Source: Lama guanicoe
Taxonomy: Eukaryota
Direction of reading: 5' to 3'
Length of the DNA stretch: 64,000 nt
Assembly: GCA_013239625.1 (NCBI GenBank)
Contig: MU054391.1
Coordinates: forward strand, 3,811,130-3,875,129
Below, piece by piece: positions 24,891 through 38,229 of this stretch. The translations under genes were made by a program, and so were the position numbers. Below the pieces are notes generated by a model. It was not told the origin of the DNA. It saw only the letters and a list, made by a program, of their open reading frames with translations, and did no database searches. Every line of letters starts with the position of its first letter. Position 1 is the stretch's first letter.

Positions 24891-27800
24891 AGGAGGCACG
24901 ACACTGGGACGAGACCCTGCTCCGGGAAGCGCGGTCCTCCCCGCCCCCACCCGCCGCCCCCGCTCACCAAACATCTTTCTTGCCTTACGTGCCCCATCGA
25001 GCTTCACAGTGTCACGCCGGATGCCGTGATTTCAGGGACCAATGTCAGACCGTTTGCCCAGGCCCGGGACGCCGTCACAGGCGTGGGGAGGGCGAGGCTG
25101 GCGTGGGTGGGGCACGTCCCGTCCCCACAGAATCGGTCTCTCCAGACGTAAGCAGGGAGGTGCTGTGCGGAGCACCGCGGGCAGTCTTCTCCCGGTGGCG
25201 GCTGCTTCGGAGAGCTTCTTGTGCAGAACGTGGTCCGTCTCCTCCTTGGCATCCCGCTGGCGCCACGTTGCCCAGAGAAGAAGTCTTTTAAGGATCGCGT
25301 CTCACTTCAGACCAAGTCCGAGTGTTCTGACTTGAGAAAAGCACTCTGGATATGACAGCTCTTTTTATTACTAATGGCATTTAGTAAAATCCTTTTTCGA
25401 AGGCATCTTTTTTTTTTTTTTTCCAACTGAGAAGTGAAAAATCAACAAGGTGCGTCTAAACCATCCTATGCCTTTCTTGAAACGTGTATTTGGGGGAAGC
25501 TGTTGTTAAATGGCCTTTCCGGCTCGGCCGCCTTCCAGGAGATTTAGAAAGCCTTATGTGCTCTTTGTGTTTTTCTTGAAACTTGTAGACTTTTTGGACG
25601 CTGCCCGTGGTGGGACTGCTACAAACGCGGTTCCTGGAGCGTTGCGTCTCCTTGAGAATCCTGAGTGTTTAAAGAAACATCTCCATCCTTAGATCTGCCT
25701 TTTGTTTTTCTCTCTCTGGTGATTCAGCTCAGCTCCCAGGGCTCCCTGTCTTCTCATCCAGGTATCCGCAAATATTTTTTTTAATGTCTTCAGAAGCTAA
25801 ATGTTTTACTTGGACACAGTTCTGTTGAGACTCACTTTGGTTTGTTGGCCTGTAGCGTCAGTCTCCGCCCACGGACGCTACCCAGCGAGCAGTGATGTTG
25901 ATGCCAGGGGGGCAGGGCCTCCCCGGGGCTGAGGGAGAAGCTTCTGGGTTTCGCAGTTTTTGTAATGATTGAGTTACTGTGGAGAAATCGTCTGTCCTAC
26001 ACACCCCCCAGTCTAGTTGCTCACCATGTCACCCCTGCTGGGGGGGAAGGAAAACAACTTCCATTTCATTTGTGTTGATTGGGGTCTTAACCTCTTGGCC
26101 TTGGACAGGCTGTGTGTGGCTGTTACCGTGCCAACAGGATGCCCGGTTCATTAGGCACATGGTTCTCCATCAGTCGACTTTGAAAGGCGGGGAAAGTGCG
26201 TTCTTTACAGAAAGTTGACTTTAATATGGTTTTTAAAGCCACACGTGCTTTTAAAGGGCAAAATGATTGCATCCAACTTGCGACTTCTAAAACTAGTACA
26301 AAGGGGAGTGGGGTAGATGTAGTATTGCAGTGGGACTTTTGAAGAGCTTATTAAGCATTCCACAGAGGAGTGAAGTGAAAACAGCGCCTGGCTTCTGCCT
26401 CAGTTCTGTGTTACAAGCACGTTCGTGCCGCGTGGCGCTGTTCTGTGTCTCCCACGTCTGCATTTGGGGATCCGTCTCAGGTCCTGGTGAACCTGCCCGT
26501 ATAGAAATGTCTCTATTTCTTCACACTTAATAGGTTAGGAGAATCAGGGTCACCCTACTCTTCCCCTTGAAACTGAAGCCATTTAGGAAGCCAGTCTGTG
26601 TCCAAATTTTGTGCAAAATATCTTCCTTATAGTTGCAGTTTAAAAGCTCGGCCACTGAGGGAAACCATGCCTGAGGCCAGCTTTCTGGATGGCCCCCAGG
26701 CCCTGAGTCCCTGTTGCTGCAGAGGATGTGATGGAGGGAGGATGGCTTTTCTAGAGAGAGTCACAGCCCCATGAGGTCAGAAGGTGAGGTCGATGGCCCA
26801 GGCTGGAGACCTCATTTGTGACTTGTGAGTACGTGTATCTCCCAGCGTCTTTTAAAATTCCTAAGGAAGACGGCAGGCTGGTGGCCCGTGTCCAGTGGTC
26901 CACAAGGCAGGCCTTCACCTGTCCCAGGCCATCCTGCCTGGACTCGCTGCTGCCCACTGCCAGGTCCGTACAGCAGTACCCCTTCCTGCAGGGCGGGGAC
27001 CAGAGCCTTTGGAAAGCTTGCATCCGTTGGGCCAGAGCTCAGACCCCTTTATCCCTAGTGGCTGGGCTGTCCGTCTCCTGGAGGAGTCCATGGGCAATCA
27101 TGCACATCACAGCACCGACCGTCTCTGTGCCTTCACCCCGACACCTTCACAGCACTTGGTTTGACCCAGGTAGGGACCACCGAGATTCTGGGGCCAGGCG
27201 AGGCTGAAGGAGCGCCTGCTCGCCCTGAGTTTTTGCATCACACATGGCCCGGCGTGCTCAGTTGAATTCTGTGATGACAAAGTAAGACTGTCCGTTCCCT
27301 GGAAGGACACCAGTAGGACCACACTGAGATCTGCACATAAACCTGCGTGTCCCCCATCTGACTTCTTTTCTTTCCGTGAGGACTACCATCCCCTTAGTTC
27401 ACGGGGACGCATGTGGACCAGGCTTGATGTAAGGTGTAAACGGGACGTGGGAAGATGGCCCGTGTTTTGGGTTTTGACCTGCCTGTCAGTCCCAGGAAGA
27501 CCCGGGGGCTTGATGCTGAGGAGACAGACCTGTTCCTGCTGTTCAGCGTGGTTTGTCTTCTTTGAAAATGACACGTTTAAAGATGGTTTTCACGCTGACC
27601 CTCTGGAAGCATGTGTCTGTCTATTCAGTTCGAGGCCTCTAAATCCCAGGGGGGAGGCGAGAAGGAACCCGGAGAGGGACCATGGCCGACTCTGCCGCTG
27701 TCTGGGTGGGGTGCTGCCAGAGGGCACGCTGACCGGTAGGTGGTCTAGTCCCTTGGTAATTGACCACATTGGGAGGTCTCACCGGCTGTGCCTGCCCTCT

Positions 27801-28990
27801 AGGCTGGGCTCTGGCGTGCATCCTTTAGCCAAGCTCTGCCATCGTCACGGGCATCACTGTACACATCCACGTGGCAGAGACTGACCTAGGACTTGAGCAC
27901 AAACAGAACCTTCGATAGACGGACTGCTGTCCAAAGCAGCGCTTCCTCCAGTAGCCGCAGGCTGAGGAACCAAGACCTGCCACCTCTGGCATCTTTTTAA
28001 AGGGGAGCAAATTCTCTTGACAGAGTACTGTTCCATCAGACTGTTTTAGGACAGGCCAGCTCCTGACTAGAGCGTGGCCCACGGGGAGGGGGTTATCACA
28101 TACGCAAAAATTACTCCGGGACGATTTTATCTTTCTCACCTGCATCACAAAGGTTAAAAATCATTCAGCAGGGAAGAAGAGGGCACTTTCCCTCGGTCAT
28201 CTCCAAGAACCAGAGGCTCGGAAGGAACCAGGGTGGCTTTTTGCGCGTTTCTCAGACTCTTGCTTGTTAACAAACACCCCGTGCGTGTGTATAAATCACA
28301 GTGAAGTCACCGAGGGAAACCTTTTGCATGTATAAAGCTTCCTGAAGGTCTCTTTTAAAAAATACCAAAGCTTGTGTATTCCTTCTCATTAACTCTCAAA
28401 ACTTCATGAAAATAAACAAAACAAAGAGTTATGACCGGTCTTGTCAAAAATGCCGGAGGGAAAGAAGGAGGTGCATTGAAGGAGAATGCGTGCGTCCTAA
28501 CCAGGAGAGCCTGCCTTTGGGTGTGTGAAGCCCGTGGTCTCCCCCATCCGTGGTTTGCATAATCCTGTCTTCCGCGATTCCGGCAGCCGTCAGGAAGGCG
28601 TGGGGACCCGACCTTTCCTTCATTCCGCGCTCATTTTACCGTGGGTGTATTTTAATCTTGTATAAAAATATGCATGAATGAGTCATGCACATGTATGCAT
28701 TACGTATTTGACAAGTGGTGGTAAAGACAACAACAAAAAAACAAAAGTTTGATTTCTGTTTTTGAAATGTCAGTACATTTTTGTGCCACTAACACTGTGA
28801 TGTATAATAGAGCTGTTTGAATGCCTTTTAATGTTGTGTTTTGTACTTGGGAATCATATGGAAAAGTCTGATTTGTAATTTCAATACATATTTTAAGTGT
28901 ACTGCGTCTTATGTAGTTTGTCCCCCCTTTAGAAGGGATTTCTTTTTAAAGCTATTTTGGCTGGAATACAGGTTACTTTTGTAAATCCTG
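24891..28990 (+). other. RNF144A: Probable long 3' UTR of RNF144A (end approximate)
   Basis: Follows the stop codon, with no recognisable interspersed repeat until the L1 at ~29100. The AT-rich distal block has many TGTA motifs and candidate poly(A) signals: AATAAA 28411-28416, AATAGA 28806-28811, AATACA 28883-28888 and 28965-28970. Confidence 0.6.
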
Positions 28991-29099
28991 TCTGGCTCTG
29001 TCTTTTGTACATTCTTAGGTGGCTGCTGGCTTGCAGATTGAAAACGTTGTGAGGGTTGGATGTGGACAGGAGGGGGGCCTTACACTGCTGGGAAAACAG

Positions 29100-29530
29100 C
29101 TTTTTAAAATTAAGTTAAGATTAATATATACTATTATGTTGTTTCAGGTGTACAGCGTAGTGAGTCAGAATTTTTATACATCATGCGATGGTCACCACAT
29201 TAAGACCAGCTACCGCGCAAAGCTCCCATCCAAAGCGGCTGCAGTCGTGTGAACTGTATTCCCTGTTGCATTACATCCCCAGACTTACTTACCTTCTCGG
29301 CGGAAGTTTGTATCTCTTAATCTCCTTCACGTATTTTGTGCAGCCCCTGCCCCCTCCCCTCTGGCAACCCCTGGTTGGTTCTCTGTAACTGTGAGTCTGT
29401 TCTGTTATGTTTTGTTGGCTTGTTTGTTTTATTTTGTTGATTCCACATAGAAGTGAAACCGTATGATCCTTGTTTTTCACCGTCTGGCTTAGTTCACTTA
29501 GCACGTCGCCCTCGGGGTCCGTCCCCGTGT
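29100..29530 (-). mobile_element. L1 3' UTR fragment
   Basis: tttcaggtgtacagcgtagtgagtcag...ccctctggcaaccc...gattccacatagaagtgaaaccgtatgatccttgtttttc...tggcttagttcacttagc is an antisense L1 3' end. Confidence 0.75.
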
Positions 29531-30322
29531 TCTGAGGCTTCCCATCTTGCCAATGTTCTCAACTCCCTTGAAGCCCAAACGATCCTGGGTGTGGAGTGAG
29601 GGAGCCCACTCCCGCCCTCTCTGCCCCCACCTCAAGGAGCCAGCCCAGGACAGCGGCTTTGGAAAGCACCTCCCCCTCCATCCACAGAGACAAGTACTTG
29701 CAAAGTTGCCAAAGGTTTTGGGAGCATCAGAGAAAGTCAGTGAACATCCTTTCACTGTGGGGAAAAAGGGTAAGTGGATACTGTGTGCTTAATAGGAGAA
29801 AAAATAATAGCTGAGTGTTTCCCCTTAATTTTCTTCATCTAAACTTCATGGAAGAGTGTGTGTATATACCTTGTCCTGTAACATGAAAAGAAAAATCAGG
29901 AATAGGTTCACATTTTGAAAACCATCCTTAGAATCTCAAAGTGCAGATGGGGGCAGGTGCATTTTGTGGGCTGGTGGCCAGACACAGCGTCCCTGCTCAC
30001 TAGGGGCCCCTTGTCAGGAGGGAGGCAGATCCGCCGACCAGCGCGAGGTGTGACCAGTGTGGTGGTGGCTGCGCACCGCACTTCAGCCAGGGTGGGGGCC
30101 GGAGGAGGCTGTTGGGAGGGTGAGGCGTGTGAACAGGGTCTTGCACGCGAGTAAGCATCCGCCAAGCAAAGAGGAGCGCTGGCGTGTTCAAGGGGGTGGC
30201 CCGGCCCAGCAAGCGCAGGGGTTTCGGCTGAGGGGCCCTCGGGGCTGGGCGGTCAGTGCTCAGCCTCAGGGGCAGGTGCCAGAGCTCTGGGCCTCGACCT
30301 TGTTTCTAAAGCAGTGGGGTGC

Positions 30323-30771
30323 GTGTCCGTTTTCTAGGGCTGTGTAGCAAAGCACCACGCACTGAGGGGCTTGAACAACAGAAAGTTACTCTCGCAGATT
30401 TCTGAAGGGCAGGGGGCCAAGATCAGCGTGTCGCAGGGCTGGCTCCTTCGGAGGCCCCTAAGGGAGATCCGGTTCCAACCTCTGTCCCAGCTGCTGGAGG
30501 TTGGCCGGCATCCCGGGCGTTCCTTGGCTTGTCTGCGCATCAGTCCAGTCTCTCTTCATCTTCACGTGGTCCTCTCCTGTGCCCATCTGTCTCTGTGCCC
30601 TAATTTCTTCTTTTTATGAGGACTTCAGTCATTGGATTAGCCCCCACCCAGTCCAGTGTGCCTCATCTTAGCTCGATGTCTTCCAAGACCCTATTTCCAA
30701 ATCAGGTCACATTCACAGGTGTTGGGGTGAAGGTTCCAACAGCTTTTGGGGGAACACAGCTCAGCCCATAA
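30323..30771 (-). mobile_element. MLT1-type solo LTR, near complete
   Basis: tttctagggctgtgtagcaaagcaccac...ttgaacaacagaaag...ccctatttccaaatcaggtcacattcacagg...gggaacacagctcagcccataa. Confidence 0.75.
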
Positions 30772-31524
30772 GAGAGAGCCTGGTCCGTGATGGGTGGACC
30801 CAGTGAAGCCAATCAGAGGAAGCGGATAAGAACCAAGTGTCGGGGGGTCGCTGAGCCTCCCCTGCCCCTGAAACAGCTCTCCCCCACTCTGGCTGGACCT
30901 CAGTTCTTTGAGCTAACCTGGAATGAGGCAATAGCCCCAGAGAATGCTCTGCTGAGAAACAGCTGCTTTTAAGCCAACTAAGTCTGCCTGGGTGTTTGCA
31001 CGGGCACGTGTATTCACTCTCCCCACAAAAATACTCCTCTCTGTGTCGGCACTGACTGACACCAAAGACTCTTGGGGAACCCAGATCGCGGGGTGCAGGC
31101 GGGTGTCAGGGCTGACTGGCGCATGTGTGTGGGCGGAAGGATGTTCTGAGGGTTGATCTCACGTGTGCAGGCGTTACCCGGGGAGAAGGTGGCTGTTGAC
31201 GCGACCAGACCCTGAGACAGCGTCAGATGCCCGCATTAGCCGGGCTCTGTCTAAGCCGGTGAGTGACCAGCCATCTAAAAACAGCCACCCCTGCTCCTGA
31301 CTGGGTTTTCACAACCCCCTCTTCCCTTCTAGCATCACTCGAGGAGTGCCTTTTAGGGATGGGCCAACGCTGATTCGGGGCCAGGATTGTGGCCCCTGCG
31401 GTCAGGGCGCCCTGGACACAAGTCCCAGGGGGGTGATTTCTTAGGCATGTGACTTACCCAGAGTGCCCCTTTCCTCATTTGAAAATGTGGGTTAAAATGC
31501 CCCACAGGGCCTTTTTTAACTTGC

Positions 31525-31735
31525 TTTTTTCAATATTTATTTATTTTAATTTTTATACAGGTTTTAAAGGTTACTTTCCACTTACAATTATTACAAAGCA
31601 TTGGCCTCATCCCCGGGTTGTCCAGCACATCCTGAGCCCGTCTTACACCCGGTGGCTTGTATCCGCCACTCCCCCAACCCCGGGATGGCCCTACCCGCCC
31701 CCCCACCGGTAACCGCTGGTTGGTTCTCTGTTTCC
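31525..31735 (-). mobile_element. L1 3' fragment
   Basis: T-rich tail, then aggttactttccacttacaattattacaaagcattggc...ggtaaccgctggttggttctctgt. Confidence 0.6.
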
Positions 31736-32453
31736 CCCCAAGGATTTTTCTAAAGATAAATGAGGAAGTGCAAGGAGATTGTAAGGTGCCTGACAACATG
31801 TCAAGTCGTTACTGAATCCCGGCGTTGACGTGGACGATGGTCCCACCGAGAATGTCACTCCCCTCCTCCCACTCCGCACGGAAGGGCCCCTCCCCCACAG
31901 CCCCGCCGCTGCGCTCATTCCGGGACCCGCGGGACACGCAGGGTCTGACGCCCCCCCCGCCAGCATCACAGCTCACGCCGCCGGGGCGCTGGCGGTGACC
32001 CTGCCGGACGCTGGCTCACAGGGAGAGAAGCGGAGTGAAACTTCTACACGTGGGAAAACCAAGGCACTCACTCGTTCCCCTAGGGAGTTATCTTTTGCAA
32101 TACATAGTTCCATTCACTCTGTGTCTTGCTCTCATTGTCTTAGAAAACCCACTCAGAATGTCCACGCCTTTAACGTGGTTTTCCGCACACGAGAACGAGC
32201 TAGGAGAGCACAGTCTGTTCTCGCTTCTCAGACTGTTTACCACAACCGTTATGAAAGGCCCCGAATCTAAAAAGGAATAAATTTCAAAAGCTTCACAACA
32301 GTGGACTTGACTGTCAGTTTTCTCCAGGGATTTTGGAAATTATAATACATTGTAAATATGGGTTTTGCGTGTTTGCATCACCGGCTCCTCCTGCTGTCTG
32401 CCACGCGATAGACACGTACTAGACACTTGTCGAATGAGGGACTTAAAGTGTTG

Positions 32454-32455
<2 letters not shown>

Positions 32456-32485
<30 letters not shown>
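32456..32485. repeat. (GT)n microsatellite
   Basis: About 15 perfect GT units. Confidence 0.95.
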
Positions 32486-32489
<4 letters not shown>

Positions 32490-33520
32490 GAAGGTAGTGA
32501 ATTTCTTGGGTCATTCGGTTAAAAAATATCAGCCATTCACTTTGAACTGGAGGTGTACAGTCTAGAAGCAAGAGTCTCACTCCAGGTGTAAAAAGATACT
32601 GTCAGGAGCGGGTGACATCGGCCAGTTTGCTCACTACCGTATGCGGGTTGATCTGAGTGCTCTCACGTCTGCAAGGACTGTCATCTCCACAACACAGCGA
32701 GGAGACGGGGCTCTGGGAGGCGCGGCGTGGACGCCCAGACGAGGCTGAGATGAGGCTGACCTGACTTGGCGTCCCCAGTTCCTTACTGGTCCCGGGATCC
32801 GCAGAAGCCCGTGAGGACAAGAACACTCGGAAGCCGAGCCTCCTCAGCACTGTGCTCCGGGTTGCGGGCCCAGAGGGATTCACAGGGTGTACAAAGCACA
32901 GTCCCCGGGAGAGGACACGCGCGTCCCGCTGGGGTCGCCGAGGGGCAGAGTGAGCGCTGGACGTGGAGGGAAGGCAGGGCCTGGGCGCTTCAGGGACCCA
33001 GCCGGCCCTCCAGCCTGGGTGCTGGACGGCTAGCAGTGCTTCGTGCGGGCTGTGGGCGAGGGGCTGGCTCTCAGGCAGAGGAGGCCAGGGTGAGAACCAG
33101 TGCGCGGGTGAGGGGTTTTCAGGCAGACCGCGCGGTGGTTAAGCATAGCTGGTGCTCAGTTAATGTCTGTTGCCGGAAGGAGCGAGTAAGTCATTGATGT
33201 GGTTGAAGTCCAGGGGATATCCATCCTTGGCGGGGACGTTGGCGGGATATAAACCCTCAGTCGATGACAAGAGTGATAGATGAGAAATAACCGATCAGGC
33301 TACGTCATGTCCCTCTTAGGAGAACGAAGCCCTGGGGGTTTAGTTTGCTGGCTCTGCCAGGGACCCAGCATCCTGTAACCGGTTGCCTGTGATCCACACG
33401 CAGCTACTTGAGAGGTTTTTGGGGACAAGAGAAGAAGACCGCAGTCCGAGTGGAATCTCCTTCTCTATTCTGCACAAGTCCTAACTTAGTCGTTGGTGCA
33501 CAATGAACGTTAGATAATAA

Positions 33521-33610
33521 TTAAACGTTTTTATTAATGACAAAGCTGAATCAGCATGTTAATGAAAGCTGCAGATGATGCTAAGCTGGGAGTTACTGTG
33601 AACGCCAATT
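33521..33610 (+). mobile_element. CR1/L3 LINE reverse-transcriptase relic
   Basis: 33521-33541 translates to LNVFIND. After a frameshift, 33553-33606 translates to SMLMKAADDAKLGVTVNA, resembling the CR1 RT motif FNIFIND...LIKFADDTKLGG. Confidence 0.65.
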
Positions 33611-36344
33611 AGGAGAGCAGACAATGGGGACAGACACAAAAGAGGGAAAGTTACAACAAAGCCAACCTCTGTTTTACGACATGTGAGCAAATGCACCTGC
33701 AGAAAACATACCTGCAGGGGTGCAGCTGTGGGGCGGCCCCGGGGCGGGGCGAGGCGGACACAAGCCTAGGGGGCGAGCCTCCAGGGCAAGGGGTTCTGGA
33801 AATGCCGGCTGGGAGTGCTGAGCAAAATGGTCCTGGGGCAACATACAGCCATCTCCGCTTTTCCACTTAGGTTGCCCTTTGGAATCTACATGTTGCTTTG
33901 AAGACTGTCTGTCCTGATGTCACAGGTCAGTCCCTCCCTCCCCTCCGGCTGGGCCGGCCCCCTTCAGTCTCTGGCTCTTTTCTGCTCCCACTCCTCTGCT
34001 CCAGTCATGACACTGTCCTTGGAATGTCATCTTTTCCCTCTTGTGATGCTTCTGCTAAAAACCATTGAAGACCCTCCAGGACCTGTGTGATTAAAGCTCA
34101 AACCCTCTCCCCACTGGACCCTTCCTCCTTTTCTAGGCTTCCTCCTCACGCCCGGAGAGGCACACACGTAGATCCACATTCCCGGGCAGGAGTGAGGGGG
34201 GACCTGTGGATGAAGGACCTGCGGCGATGGTGGGTCACGTGGGGCAGGACAGAGGGCGGAGGCGGGGAGGGAGGCGGGCGAGGCAGCTGATGGTGTCCCC
34301 AGCCCTCCCTGCACCTCCGTGCTCTTTTCCCCAACGTTCCACAGAAAATAATTCTCTCCTTTCTTCCCCTCCCCCCCCGTTTACCATAAACCATGCGGAA
34401 TAGCTTTTACTTACATTTCAGAAGAGCCTGCAGATTAAGAAATTATCCACTGACTTTCTGCTGTGGGGGCTGAGAGTCCTCTCTCGTGTAGCCCCTCACT
34501 CACACACGCACACACTCACACACACACACAGATTTTCCTTCCACCGTCTCCTCATGTTCCTCGCATCAGAGTTCAGTGTCTGCGTTATTCCTCCTTTGCC
34601 TGCACTGCCCACAGCTGAGTGATGGATTGTAACCACGTCTCCTTTCTTGTGCAGCCTCTCGTTTTCCCTGCACTTGATAGTTGCCTCAGGTTTCGGCTTG
34701 GTTTGTTTTCTGTGTACCCATTACTTATTTATTCCCAAACCCTGCGATGGAAATATGAATCTCTTTTTTGTTACAATTAAAAGCATCAGGCCGTCTTCAA
34801 TTTATTTTTACTGTACAAACCACTCTGCATAGTTTATTGCAATATATTTGGTAAAAGGGTTGCAAACGGAGACAGAGCCCAACAGATCCACGAGGTCAGT
34901 TACTTCCTAGAAAAGCGAGGGGGGCAGGGCGAGGGGAGGGAGGGGACGCCGGCGCTGGGAATGGCCATCAGAGACGTCTCAGCCTTACCTGTAACGCGTA
35001 TTTCACACACCAAACAACTGAGCTATATAGGGTTCAGCTGCTTTTTTTTTTTTTGGATTTAGCTTTAAAGTGCGTGGGTGTTTGTTACCTTATCCTTTCT
35101 AACTTTTTTGGATTTTTAATTTCTCAAGAATTAAGTTTTGACCCCCACACCGCTTCTTATTTATGCTGTTAAAATTCTGAGACGTGTCCCGGCAACGGGA
35201 GTGCTCCGGTGTGGCGGAGATGTCAGGGAACGCAGATGGTCTTTCCTTTGAAGGCCTGACAGAGTCTTGGCCGTCTCCTTGGACCGCATTGGAGGGAGGA
35301 AGCCTTGAGACCCCAAATACCGACATTTCAGAGACACGTTGATCCCTAAGGAAGCTCCCCAGGGAGGAGTCACCAGAATCCCAGGGCTGGAAGGGCCCCT
35401 CAGAGATCGCCAGTTCTCCTGATCTCCTGAGCCCAGGGAGGCAGACTGGCCCACGGCCCCTTCTCAGCCGGTCTCCCCCTCCCCCCTCAGCTCCTGAATG
35501 TTGCACACAGACCAAAATGCGTGCAGCGGGCGCCATGGCCCCTGTGGGTGCAGAGATGTGCGGGTTGCACCTGCCCAAACCCCATCCAGGGGCAGAGAGG
35601 GGAGCACCCCTCACAGAAGGGCGGAGCAGGCTTCTGGAGGAGATGGGATACGGGGTTGGGCAGAGAAAACAGGGGTTCTCAGAGCACAGACGGGGAGGGA
35701 GGGGTGCCTCTTCATACCCCCTGTGTGAGCAGAGCCCCAGAAGCAGACCTGAGGGACAGAGCCTAGCTGGGTGGGGGTGGGGGGCAGGTGGGCGTGAACG
35801 GGGAGGAGCAGGGGAAGAGGTGGACGGGGACCCTAGGCTTGGCCAGACTGGGAGACTCGTGGGTGAGGCTGCTGGTGACATGAGGAGACGCGGGCTTTGC
35901 CTACCCCAGGGCAGCTACCAGTCGGGAGCCTGAAGTGGAAGGGAAGGAGGGAAGAGCCTCCTCTTTCCCCATAATGCCTGGCTTGTGTGAAAAACAGGGT
36001 AACTCTGCACAGGGACCCCACACACGCCATTGCACGTGTAGCATTTAGTCAGAGCTAGCAGTTCGCTGCAATTTCTCTTTCCAACATTTACTTCATCATT
36101 AGTCTTTCCATTTCTCCTGCAGAGCTGTAAGTATTTCTTGAACATAACTTCGGTGGAATACTTCCATGTGCATTTAAACTTGCTCAGCATACTTTTTCAG
36201 CTTTTGGTGAAATCGTAAAAGTCAGTTTAGATATTTGCAAACGGCGATAACTTCTTTTCTTTGATCCCCGTGTGATTTTCTTCTCCAGCCGGTGTCTTCC
36301 TAGACTTGGAAGGAATCTCAGCAGGCATCTACCTCCTTTAAACT

Positions 36345-36480
36345 GAAAATGTGGTTTTAGACCAGAAGCATTAACACTGCCTGGGAATCAGTTAGGAATG
36401 CAGGCTCTCAGGCCCCACCTCAGATCTACTGAGTTAGAATTTGGATTTTAGGAAGATCCCTAGGTGACTGGTGAGTACAT
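36345..36480. mobile_element. MER5-like hAT MITE abutting an MLT1 LTR
   Basis: aaaatgtggttttagaccagaagcatt...gttaggaatgcaggctctcaggccccacctcagatctactgagttagaa resembles MER5A/B. Confidence 0.6.
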
Positions 36481-37057
36481 TGCATTAATTTTCTATAGCT
36501 GGTAACAAATTAGCAAAAACTTAATAGCTTAAAACATCTTGATTATCTGACAGTTTTTATGTGTGTGTATTGTGGGAAGCTTGACTGGGTTCACTGCTCA
36601 GAGCCTCACAAGGCCAGAAAGGTGTCATCTGGGCTGTGTTCTCATCTGAAGCCTTGACTGGGGAAGAGCCGCTCCTGTTCTCATTTACAGTCTCAGCAGG
36701 GTTCATTCTCTTCTGGGTGCCTGTTGTTGTCAGCTGACCCTCCTCAGATCCTAGAGGTTGCCTGCAATTCCTAACCATATGGGTTTCCTCGACATGACTG
36801 CCTACTTCAAGTCAGCTAAGAAAATCTCTCCAGTGTACACTCACGAGACGGACGTACATGTATGCGTATATATGCCTTTGTATGAGTAAGTGCATGTATC
36901 TACATATATGTACACATGTGTGTTTGTGTGTGTGTGGATTAACCACAGTAGTGACATCTTTGCCTTGATTAGAAACAAGTTGCAAGTCTTGCCCTACTCA
37001 AGCTGAGGGAGTTACACAGGGTGCGAGCACAGGTGCTGCGCTAGGGTCTTCCTGCCA
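36481..37057 (-). mobile_element. MLT1-type LTR
   Basis: tgcattaattttctatagctggtaacaaattagcaaaaacttaatagcttaaaaca...gattagaaacaagttgcaagtcttgccctactcaag. Confidence 0.6.
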
Positions 37058-37559
37058 CGCAGAGAGGAATTTGTGAAACAATGATCAGATCTCATCTGTT
37101 GCCACATCCTCCAGGTGACAGGGCCTAAAGTTTTGCATTTGAACCACTTTTCCCAAGTGACACAGCGGACGTCCGCCTCCTCTCCTTACCAGCTTCAGCA
37201 CCTACTGCTCCGCCTGAACAGCCCGTGCTGCCATGTCCAGTGACTTCTCTGCCACCCACTCCGCACACACCAGTGCTTGCGCTTCCTGCGTGGCCTCTCG
37301 TCAGCTCTGCCAAGGCTCACGCTCCCTCCTGACACCTCCTTTCTCCCTTCGTGTTCCTGCGTCTCTCGCTCTCCCAGTTTCCTTCCCACATTTTCTCAGC
37401 TTCCTGTCACGCTCTTCCTCCTTTTCCCAGCTTTTTACAAGATACACGATGGAGCTCCTCACGGCCGAGCCCTGTGGCCCTTCTCACTCAGCTTTCTCTC
37501 CTGACGATGCCCCCTGTCCCTTCTCAGCCCAGACCTCTTCTCTGACCTGCAGTGTCATG

Positions 37560-38225
37560 TACTAAATGACTCATGGTTAGCATCTCCTCTTGACTTGATC
37601 TTAAAGGTTCTTCAAGTTACACCTTTCTCAAATCACAATTTGAAGTCATTTTCCCACCTTTAGCCTATTTCTCCATAGTTCCCCAACTCAAAAAGGCAGC
37701 ACCATCCACTCCATCGTTCTTTCCCAAAGCCACCCTTGACACTACCCTCTCCATCATCCTCGCATCTAGTCTACCCTCTAAGTATCTCCCAAGCGTGCTT
37801 CTGTCATACCATCCACAGGGCTATGACTCTCAACAAAGCCAACACCCATTCCTGTTTGAATCTCTACACAGGTGATTCTCATCCCCTAGTGGGCACCATT
37901 TATTGGGTCTTCACTTTCCAGCCTAAAAATTCCAATTCTGATTTCCAGTAATCCCGAGATCAATGTCACTAACCAGTGGAGTGGTTCGTGGAGTCCTGTG
38001 GTGGCTGTTCCGCTCTCACTGCACCCCCTGCTCCGTGCTCGCTGCTGGTGCTTCTTGGAGGGCATCTCCACGCCAGGCTGGGCCTCCTTCATGTCACCCC
38101 GTCCCGCACACTTTGTGATTGTGTCCTTTGTCCCCTCCTCCTTCCTCCTTGCATCCATCACCAGCTTCTCAAGCAATTCTGCACATTCCTCAGTGTCTCA
38201 GGAAATCTCCTCCTTTCCCAGATCC
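37560..38225 (+). mobile_element. L2-like LINE remnant
   Basis: Pyrimidine-rich, with degraded L2 3'-region motifs (aaggcagcaccatccactcc, cttgacactaccctctcc). Confidence 0.4.
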
Positions 38226-38229
38226 TGAC

